A stretch of DNA of 63,637 bases, the filler included, from Bacteriovoracaceae bacterium (GTDB lineage: Bacteria > Bdellovibrionota > Bacteriovoracia > Bacteriovoracales > Bacteriovoracaceae): the NCBI GenBank assembly GCA_018649885.1. It is 6 parts of 6 records of this genome, joined end to end, with 100 filler letters (N's around TTAATTAATTAA, not from the genome) between each part and the next. Parts side by side here need not be neighbours in the genome. Positions count along the whole stretch, not along the records: positions 50,400 to 60,843 come from JABIHA010000032.1; positions 60,944 to 63,637 come from JABIHA010000129.1; 4 more parts are not named here. One strand, 5' to 3'. The notes beneath the pieces are model-generated. The model saw nothing but the letters and a program-made list of their open reading frames with translations, was not told where the DNA came from and did not search any database. Positions 56,363-63,637 of the stretch are shown here, one piece after another (the first letter of the stretch is position 1; each line of letters opens with the position of its first letter). A program made the translations under genes and the position numbers.

Positions 56363-57252
56363 TTAGCCTTGTACATTGGTAAAGCCAACTGTCAGCTTTG
56401 CCACTGTATTTCCAATAGTCGTTTCAGTATCAGTTACATATTTGTACATCAGATCTCTCAAGTCTTTTTTAAAACTTGGGAGCATCTCTTTTTTAACTGA
56501 ATAACAGATATTAATAAATAAATTGTCATCACTTTCAAATTTATCGTCAACTTTTCCTTTGAGCTCTTCAAGTTGTGTTTTGTAGAAATTTTTAAACAAT
56601 TCTTCTTCTTTGTTAAAACGATAAAGGGCAAAGTAATCTTTAGCTATATATCTTTGGGTGCTTCCATCATAGTCTATTAATCCCATGACATTCATTTGTT
56701 CCAAGTTCTTTTCGAGCTCATCTTTTTCTAAATTGGTTCTTTGGATCAATTCTTCTAGAGTTGCTCCAATCTTCTCATCACCTAAGCTACAATAAATAGT
56801 GGGGAAATTTGTAGAAGAGTAAATCTCCGGGTCATTTTGAGGACCATCTTTATCACTTGTATGTAACTTCAGTATACTTTTAAGCTTTTTAAACCTTGTC
56901 TGAAGCTCACTTATTTCGTCACTGCTTAGTTTTTCCTCATGGTTTTCGATCCTTACTAATAGCATGAATAATTCTTGAAGTTGCTGTCTAAGCTTCATGC
57001 CATTTATAAGTTTAATCATGGTAGAGGTTGTCAGTTTTTTATTCCTAGAGTAACGTCTCTTGGGTGCGATCTTGATGTAAGACCAGATCTTCTACCAAGT
57101 TCTGTATAGCCAAACGATTGAGATTTAGTTTTTAAATGTAGAATATAGGAGTTTAAAAACTCGCGGTAGTTTTCTGAACAAGATACGGCCTTAATAATAT
57201 TGTTGTAGTCTTCATTCCACTTATCTTTTGTGTAGTCGTTAAAAAGAGTCAT
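56363..57252 (-). pseudogene. TIGR02147/DUF4423-family regulator split by a frameshift
   Basis: ORF 57031-57252 holds the HTH (YREFL..K.K..SFGY..LGRRSG.TSRS) and ORF 56363-57019 holds the rest; one extra A in the A6 run at 57035-57040 joins them (GIKKLTTSTMIKL). Confidence 0.75.
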
Positions 57253-57253
57253 T

Positions 57254-57667
57254 CTAGTTGCTCCCACCTACTGCACCAGCACTACTTTTTTCACATTCAA
57301 TTTTAGCAATGCCATTTGCAATAATAAGAGCATGTTGAATAAAAATATCATCGCTATCGTCAATGGCAATCATTCTGACTCTATAATGGTATATGATTTC
57401 GTTTGAGCCATTTAACTTGGGCATTCTGGTTTTTTCAATGATTAGTTCAATTTCTTCACTATAGTTTGGATCTAATTCTCCTAAGGTTTTTCTTAGTTCC
57501 ACAATCTTTGATTCTTGGTCGCTTTCTGGTGGAAATGAAATCACCCATGTCTGGGTCTTACAATTTTGAATTCCATCAGCTAGCTTTACACGATCGAGAA
57601 CTTGTTGGTTTGCCAGTGTAATTGTTGGCAATAACAACAGACATAAAAAAAGAACTTTAACTTTCAT
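57254..57667 (-). CDS. Small secreted protein ending in GAVGGSN
   Basis: GGGGAG RBS, signal peptide; its stop is 1 nt before the ATG of the TIGR02147-like gene. Confidence 0.75.
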   Translation of the reverse strand: MKVKVLFLCLLLLPTITLANQQVLDRVKLADGIQNCKTQTWVISFPPESDQESKIVELRKTLGELDPNYSEEIELIIEKTRMPKLNGSNEIIYHYRVRMIAIDDSDDIFIQHALIIANGIAKIECEKSSAGAVGGSN

Positions 57668-57869
57668 TAATCACTCCCCCAAAATTTTAAAAATCGAGAG
57701 ACCTTAACACTAGTAACTTCACTTTGTGGAGAAGGGGTAAAATTTTATAAGGTGGGAAATTAAAGAAAACTTAAATTCTGATAGTGGCAACCCTTTGTAA
57801 TTATTCAGTTTTTTCTAGTCTGTCGGGGACTCGCTGTTCGTAGTTGAGTACATTATTTCTGAGACTTAC

Positions 57870-59057
57870 TTAAAAGTTCAAAGATAATGCTCCTCCAAGA
57901 GCAATTGAGCTGTCACTAATTGAAGCCGATTTGATGGAACCGGTATAGTAAAAAACCGAGAGAATATAATTTAAGTCCGCGCTTGGAATAAAATATCCTC
58001 CCCCAATAGCGAAATCAAGTCCTTTAAATTCGTGCAGAAGTGGGGTAACAAGGCCTATTTTTGAAAAGGCAAATAAACTCGAACTAATGGGAACACTGCC
58101 TCCAAGACCCAGTCTATCGATTCTCTTGGGTTGGAGGTAGCGGCCTTTTTGAATTATAAAGTAATTCAAATTTTCATAAGACAAACTAAGAGAAAAATTT
58201 GTAAGCTTCTTAGAAAATTGCAATTCGCCTTCGTAGTAGAGTGATTCCACACTTGTAGTGCTACTTCCTTTACTTGATTTGTAATTTAATCCAAAAAAGC
58301 GAACAAGTGATGCACCAGTCTGAAAGGAATAACCACTGGATAAATCAATTTTGTAACGGCCTGTAACTTTCGCAAATATCAGGGATAGCTCTGAGCTAGC
58401 ATTAGTTTTAGAGCTAACTCCAACACGGCCTGAACTCAGGCCAAGAGTCATATTTTTACTCTTTGTGGGTGCCTTTTTAGCAAGTGAGTGTTTTTGCACC
58501 TTTTTCGCTATCTTTTTTCGTTTCTTTTTCTTTGGCCTTTTTTGTACATCAAAATCAGTTGTATCCATATACATAACCTTGTCATTAACAATCACTGCTA
58601 CACTTTTTGGATTTGGAGACAATAGTTTGGCCTTGGCGATGTGGTAGCCTTTTTCAACCTTGGCCTTTTTATTTGTGAGGTTGGGATTGTTAAATATATA
58701 AGCGCTACTAGATAGTACAACAAGTGAGCCATTTCTTTGAGGACCTACTGGAAGAGGTGCTGTTATGTATACACTTACTAAATCACTAAACTCACTCTTT
58801 ACTTCCCCTGCCTTGAGAGCATACCGCAAATAAAGAACTTTTTTTGGAGGATCAAAAACTGTGATTATATGAGAATTTGACTCATAGGATTTATAGGTCC
58901 TTTTCATATCTTCATCATAGTAAAATTCAATAAGATAGCTTTTGGCCTTTTCATACTTATTGAGGCGGATTGTACCACTTCCAAGTAGCGGGAGTTTAGC
59001 ACTAACTGTGCTGATAGAAAATATGATCACCGCTATGAATGTAATTTCTTTTATCAA
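57870..59057 (-). CDS. Exported protein with probable outer-membrane beta-barrel C-terminus
   Basis: Signal peptide after the TTG at 59057; alternating beta-strand pattern ending LGGALSLNF. Confidence 0.65.
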   Translation of the reverse strand: MIKEITFIAVIIFSISTVSAKLPLLGSGTIRLNKYEKAKSYLIEFYYDEDMKRTYKSYESNSHIITVFDPPKKVLYLRYALKAGEVKSEFSDLVSVYITAPLPVGPQRNGSLVVLSSSAYIFNNPNLTNKKAKVEKGYHIAKAKLLSPNPKSVAVIVNDKVMYMDTTDFDVQKRPKKKKRKKIAKKVQKHSLAKKAPTKSKNMTLGLSSGRVGVSSKTNASSELSLIFAKVTGRYKIDLSSGYSFQTGASLVRFFGLNYKSSKGSSTTSVESLYYEGELQFSKKLTNFSLSLSYENLNYFIIQKGRYLQPKRIDRLGLGGSVPISSSLFAFSKIGLVTPLLHEFKGLDFAIGGGYFIPSADLNYILSVFYYTGSIKSASISDSSIALGGALSLNF

Positions 59058-59058
59058 A

Positions 59059-59997
59059 CTACCGCCTAAGTCTAACGCTGTATGAGTTCTCAATTTCTGG
59101 TTTTTCAAGCACAATGGTTTCTTTTTTTATAGGTTTAACAATGGAAAATATCGCAGTTTTAGAAGTCCTAACAACTTTTTTCTTTCCACATTTAACTTTC
59201 CAGTAGTACTTCCCTTGCATGGAGGCATTTATATTTTGGTAGTTAGTGTAGATTTCAGTGTAGTTCTCACTTTCTGAAAAATCTTGGTTATTTGAGACAT
59301 TCAAATCACAGGGGGTTATATTTGTTTTCCATTTGAGTCTCACATTTCTTATTTCATCTTCTTTCAATTTAAATGATTTATTATTGATGGGTGATAGTAA
59401 ACTCACCTTCTTTGTCTTTTTCCTTTTCTTGTGGAGCATTCTTTGATTAAAAGGTTTGTTTTTTACAAGCTCCTTCACTTTTCCATTAATTGACAGCTTG
59501 GCGTTACCCGTAATTAATTTAAAATCAATTCCATTTTTAGAGCTAACCAATTTAATTTTGGCATCTTTTCCTTTGAGTATAATTTTGTCGACACCTGAGT
59601 TTACTGTAAGTCCTCCTTTATTATTTACATCTACAAATGCAAATCCGCTAAGTAAATCAACCTCTTTCTCCTGAGTAATAGAGACCATTGATTTTGGACC
59701 TAGGTGAAAAATCGAACCTCCGCTAAATTCAATGGAAGACTTCGAATTTTGGTCTGGGTTGAAGACCACATCATTAGTATACAAATTCTCTGTACCTTCT
59801 ACTTTTTCCCAATCAATTGAAAAACTTCTTTTGAGTCGGACAATATTTTGTCTACTTCGCATTTTTGCAAGGGGATTACCTTGTAAACGGATATTGAGCT
59901 GATCAAAAAAATACTTGGGCCCTAAGTAAAGGGCCACTGCTGATAGAATAATCAAACTCCCAGGAATTAATAGTATCCAGTACTTCGTCTTTTTCAG
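59059..59997 (-). CDS. FecR-like domain membrane-anchored protein
   Basis: N-terminal TM helix, V..K.S.SI.W..V...ENLY.ND, I.F..GS...LGP.SMV.I, then an LLSP..L.W..YYWKV Ig/FN3-like tail; AGGAG lies 6 nt before an in-frame CTG. Confidence 0.7.
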   Translation of the reverse strand: MKKTKYWILLIPGSLIILSAVALYLGPKYFFDQLNIRLQGNPLAKMRSRQNIVRLKRSFSIDWEKVEGTENLYTNDVVFNPDQNSKSSIEFSGGSIFHLGPKSMVSITQEKEVDLLSGFAFVDVNNKGGLTVNSGVDKIILKGKDAKIKLVSSKNGIDFKLITGNAKLSINGKVKELVKNKPFNQRMLHKKRKKTKKVSLLSPINNKSFKLKEDEIRNVRLKWKTNITPCDLNVSNNQDFSESENYTEIYTNYQNINASMQGKYYWKVKCGKKKVVRTSKTAIFSIVKPIKKETIVLEKPEIENSYSVRLRR

Positions 59998-60260
59998 AAT
60001 GTGCTCCTAAAGAAATTTTATCATGCTAAAAAAGTGAAACAAGTGAACTCTACTATATGAAATCAACCACTTTGTATAAATGTAAGCGTACGCGCACATT
60101 CATAAATCGCACTAAGTCTATGTATTCTAAAGTGTACTTATTTTAATTTTGCAATCAATTCTTAGCGGTCAAGGTAAAGAATTTTGGAAGGCAATAGGCT
60201 TTTTGATGAACTATTAGGCACTTAAAAAACAGGTCGAGTGCTGGCCTATAATTACCATCT

Positions 60261-60843
60261 ATGAAAAATCCAATGAAGTTTTTATTTTACTGGAAAAAAT
60301 CCCTCATATTGTTGCTAATTATGATAGTGGCCTCCTCTTGTAATGTAGCTCAGACAATCGATTTAGGAGAAGCTCTCAACCAGGAGTCAACTTCGAGTAT
60401 TGGATCGGACCTTACTGTTGCAGAGGTTCAGGCAACTGCACAAGCAGTTGCAAGTGCTACGGCCGAAGCCGCCGCAAGTGCTACCGCCGAAGCCGCAGTC
60501 AGTGCTACTGCAGAAGCAGCCGCCAGTGCTACCGCCGGAGCAGCCGCCAGTGCTACCGCAGAAGGAGTCGCAAGTGCTACCGCAGAAGCAGCCGGGAGTG
60601 CTACCGCAGAAGCAGTCGCAAGTGCAACTGCAGAAGCAGCGGCAAGCGCAACAGCAGAAGCAGTCGCAAGTGCTACTGCCGAATCAGTCGCAAGTGCTAC
60701 CGCAGAAGCAGTCGCAAGTGCAACAGCTGTAGCAGCAGCGAGTGCCACAGCAGAAGCGGCGGTCAGTGCAACAGCAGAGGCCCAAGCAAGTGCAACAGCA
60801 GAAGCCGCAGCAAGTGCCACCGCAGAAGCAATGGCAAGTGCTA
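60261..60843 (+). CDS. Lipoprotein with Ala-rich octapeptide repeats (truncated by contig end)
   Basis: Lipobox-like VASSC; at least 16 (A/V)ASATAEA units. Confidence 0.8.
60445..60843 (+). repeat. 24-bp coding tandem repeat
   Basis: GCAAGTGC(T/A)AC(C/A)GCAGAAGCAG(T/C)C-like units with synonymous divergence, running into the gap. Confidence 0.9.
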
Positions 60844-60943
60844 NNNNNNNNNNNNNNNNNNNNNNNNNNNNNNNNNNNNNNNNNNNNTTAATTAATTAAN
60901 NNNNNNNNNNNNNNNNNNNNNNNNNNNNNNNNNNNNNNNNNNN
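60844..60943. other. Artificial contig spacer
   Basis: N44-TTAATTAATTAA-N44. Confidence 0.99.
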
Positions 60944-60945
60944 AA

Positions 60946-63078
60946 CCAATAGAAACACATAAGGAGGACGTACTTGAAAGGCATGCATTTGCAAAGGCAC
61001 TTGCTGGAGCAATACTAGGCTACAATCAAAGTGGAAGCATCTCCGTTGGATTATATGGAGAATGGGGTTCAGGAAAAACCTCTATAATTAATATGGCCTT
61101 AGAGGAGATAGAATCGATTTCGAGTCAAAAAAAGAAACATAGTATGCCTTTCATAATAAAATTTAATCCTTGGAATTTTTCTGACCAAAATCAACTTATT
61201 CACCAATTCTTTAATGAACTTTCTTCCGTTCTAAATAGAAATAATTTAGAAGAAAAACAATCTAAGCTCGGACGTGCTATTCAAACATATGCACGGTTTT
61301 TTGAACCCTTGAGCTATATGCCAACAGTGTCCTTTATTGGTGAGGCCGCTAAAGCAGTTAAAAATGTTGGAATCGCTACTGAAAAAGCTGGAGAGGCAAA
61401 TGCAAAGGACATTAATGCTGTAAAAAGTGAGCTTAACAGTTTATTGAAGGAGTTAGATACAAAACTCATAATAGTTATAGACGATATTGATAGGCTAAAC
61501 AATACTGAAATCAGACAGATATTCCAATTGATAAAATCTCTTGCCGATTTTCCAAATACCACCTATTTGCTATCATTTGATAAGAATGTGGTAATTAACG
61601 CATTGAAAAAAGTCCAAGAGGGTTCAGGGAATAAGTACCTGGAGAAGGTTGTTCAAGTACCATTTGAAATCCCACAAATGTCAAAAAGAGAAGTCGAACG
61701 TCTTCTTTTCAGCAAATTAGACGAATTAATTCATGATTTACCTGAGGAGAGGTGGAATCAAATATATTGGGGCAACATATATCATAGCGGGTTGAAGCAT
61801 TTTTATAATAATATAAGGGATGTTAATCGTTACTTGAATTCACTAAGCTTTGGATTTAGTTTGGTGAAAGATGAAGTAAACCCAATTGATTTTATTGCAA
61901 TAACAGCAATACAAGTTTTTATTCCAAATCTATATGAGAGTATTAAAACTAATAAGGACTTGTTTGTCGGGAAAAGGATATCACACCAACAAACAGAAGA
62001 TTTGATGGAAAAAGAGCGGTCAAGTATTGAATCTATTGTTGGTGAAGTAGAAGAAATTCAATCTGATATTTTACAAGACTTTCTGAAACGGCTTTTTCCT
62101 AAATTAGAAAACATCGTCTACAGCCATAGCTCTTTTGAAGATTGGAGAAAAGAGGGCAGGTTATGTAGCCCTGATATATTTGATACTTATTTTAAATTGT
62201 TTATTCCAAAAGATGAAATTCCACTTAAGGAAATCAAAAGAGTACTATCAACTGGAAGCAATATGAGAAGTTTTTCAAGAGAGTTAATAAAACTTAACAA
62301 AGATGGTAAAATAATACGATTTTTAGAGAGAATGGAAGATTACACAAGTGATGGTATACCAGAAAAAAATATAGCAACGATAATAACCGCTTTAATGAAT
62401 ATCGGAGATAAATTTCCTGAGGGAGATAATAGTTTCTTTGCTACCAGTACGTCAATGCGGATTTTAAGGCTATTATATCAGTTAAGTCATCGGTTTAAGG
62501 AGCAGGAAACAAGGTTTGAAATCTTTAATAAGGCGATCGAAAATACTACTAATAGCCTACATACAATTGTCAACGAAATAGGAGTACAATGTCAGCAGCA
62601 TGGTAAATATGGTTTTAAGGAGAGGCCTGAAGCACCTGAGAAAATGACAGTAAACCAAGCTCAACTTGAAAAGTTAGTAGCTCTTGCACTTCGTAAAGTA
62701 GAAGATTGGGCAAAGACTGATAAATTGGCTAAACATAAGCATTTACTATCTATTTTATATATGTGGCGTTGTTGGGATAGTCCAAAGCGAGTTAATAAGT
62801 ATGTCAATTCCATAATTAAGAAGGATAATGATCTCATCGTGTTTATAACACATTTTCTTTCTAAAGTTAAAAGTCATACATTAAATGATTATGTTGATAG
62901 AATAAAATGGCAGATTAATCTCGACAATGTGGCAGAGACTGTCAAACTGGAAGACGTTGAAAAAAGGATTAGAAAAATTCAATCTTCAAAGAAATATAAA
63001 AAATTGAAGGATAAGGAAAAACTTGCAATAAAGACCTTTCTAGATACTTACGATGGCAAGATTGAAAATCGATTTTAA
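60946..63078 (+). CDS. KAP-family P-loop NTPase (5' end cut by contig edge)
   Basis: Frame is open from 60946: ED.L.R..FA..LA, GLYGEWGSGKTS, FNPW, IVIDDIDRL, YLEKVVQVPF.IP, N.RDV.R. Confidence 0.92.
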   Translation, partial: PIETHKEDVLERHAFAKALAGAILGYNQSGSISVGLYGEWGSGKTSIINMALEEIESISSQKKKHSMPFIIKFNPWNFSDQNQLIHQFFNELSSVLNRNNLEEKQSKLGRAIQTYARFFEPLSYMPTVSFIGEAAKAVKNVGIATEKAGEANAKDINAVKSELNSLLKELDTKLIIVIDDIDRLNNTEIRQIFQLIKSLADFPNTTYLLSFDKNVVINALKKVQEGSGNKYLEKVVQVPFEIPQMSKREVERLLFSKLDELIHDLPEERWNQIYWGNIYHSGLKHFYNNIRDVNRYLNSLSFGFSLVKDEVNPIDFIAITAIQVFIPNLYESIKTNKDLFVGKRISHQQTEDLMEKERSSIESIVGEVEEIQSDILQDFLKRLFPKLENIVYSHSSFEDWRKEGRLCSPDIFDTYFKLFIPKDEIPLKEIKRVLSTGSNMRSFSRELIKLNKDGKIIRFLERMEDYTSDGIPEKNIATIITALMNIGDKFPEGDNSFFATSTSMRILRLLYQLSHRFKEQETRFEIFNKAIENTTNSLHTIVNEIGVQCQQHGKYGFKERPEAPEKMTVNQAQLEKLVALALRKVEDWAKTDKLAKHKHLLSILYMWRCWDSPKRVNKYVNSIIKKDNDLIVFITHFLSKVKSHTLNDYVDRIKWQINLDNVAETVKLEDVEKRIRKIQSSKKYKKLKDKEKLAIKTFLDTYDGKIENRF

Positions 63079-63361
63079 AGCAATCTTGACCAAGGGTTAT
63101 AAACATAATATACAGAGAAGCCATTCTACCAGCAGGTACATAGGACCACATCTTAATTTGAAATTTTCTTTTTTCCTTTTAGTCTACTGCGTACAACATC
63201 TAGCGTCTAATTTTGGTTTTTCTCCCCACTCTTTGCGGTGAGTCTTTTACGCATAGAAACATATTTTGAGTAGGGTTTTTTGAATCTTGAAGTGGTACAA
63301 TACAGTTGTAAGAGAAAGTTTGACAAGAGTGCAATTTTAACTTTTTTATGAGGAGTGGGAA

Positions 63362-63565
63362 ATGAATGATACAGACATGGAAAAACTTGAATTTCTTGTA
63401 GATGAGTATTATATACCGGAAGTAGTTGCAAGTCTGGGCGCTGTCTGCCGTTTAAGGGCTGACGATATAAGTGGGACTGACAAAGAAGCTGCTAAAAAGT
63501 TTGAAGCGTATGCAGATGTCCTGAATGATGCACGTGCTAAAATAGACGCTGCTTCACAGGGATGA
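63362..63565 (+). CDS. Small hypothetical protein
   Basis: GAGGAG RBS, 67-aa helical-looking ORF. Confidence 0.55.
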   Translation: MNDTDMEKLEFLVDEYYIPEVVASLGAVCRLRADDISGTDKEAAKKFEAYADVLNDARAKIDAASQG

Positions 63566-63637
63566 CCCCGGGTACAGAATGCCAGATTCCGAGCTACCAT
63601 TCGTTATCTGGCAAAGGCCTTTCGACATTCAATTATT

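Noticed and set aside
56318..56370. TAAC...GTT pattern resembling an integron attC site
   Set aside because: The flanking genes are convergent, the R/L box geometry does not fit and no integron integrase is present.
60400..60820. Alternative-frame and antisense ORFs over the 24-bp repeat
   Set aside because: Shadows of the stop-free repeat; only the 60261 frame has a signal peptide and lipobox.
24190..60943. Five identical TTAATTAATTAA motifs within N runs
   Set aside because: These are artificial contig linkers. Adjacency across them has no biological meaning, and ORFs read through them (..XXXLIN) are artefacts.
160..63600. Many 60-130 aa ORFs antisense to or nested in long genes (e.g. 160-447, 3599-3955, 24636-25016, 39349-39744, 50485-50808)
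   Set aside because: They overlap well-supported genes and lack RBS or motifs.
1..63637. CRISPR array, tRNA or rRNA genes
   Set aside because: No repeat-spacer periodicity or recognisable structural RNA gene was seen by eye, and the tandem repeats present are coding. A covariance search was not possible.

Overview
This window is not one locus. It is six assembly fragments joined by 100-bp artificial spacers (44 N + TTAATTAATTAA + 44 N) at 24190-24289, 37464-37563, 44004-44103, 50300-50399 and 60844-60943. Gene content suggests a Bdellovibrionota (Bacteriovorax/Halobacteriovorax-like) draft genome or MAG (inference from two TIGR02147/DUF4423-like regulators and many Sec-signal hypothetical proteins); fragments 3 and 6 may be mobile or mis-binned. 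Fragment 1 (1-24189) is mostly housekeeping: AAC(3)-family acetyltransferase, Uup-like ABC-F, crotonase, SUI1, DTW protein, RapA, acyltransferase, two-component genes and YgiQ, plus an ERIC-like palindromic element. Fragment 2 (24290-37463) begins and ends with the same 118 bp, so it may be circular or tandemly repeated. It holds a Sec-exported SpvB/FG-GAP/RHS polymorphic toxin with immunity and orphan immunity genes, a large lipoprotein, a sensor-less histidine kinase, two paralogous small secreted Gly-rich peptides, and a divergent TIGR02147-like regulator with a secreted partner ending in the same Gly motif. This is the best candidate for an undescribed peptide-controlled toxin system. Fragment 3 (37564-44003) is a phage-satellite/PICI-like element: integrase, repressor, excisionase, split primase-DUF3987 helicase, inverted iterons and a multi-zinc-ribbon nuclease cargo. 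Fragments 4-6 carry metal-uptake and transport genes, an IS4 end, a sigma-28 factor, an adhesin-like protein, a frameshifted TIGR02147 gene, an octapeptide-repeat lipoprotein and a KAP NTPase. I saw no rRNA, tRNA or CRISPR array. All family calls come from motifs recognised by eye, not from database searches.
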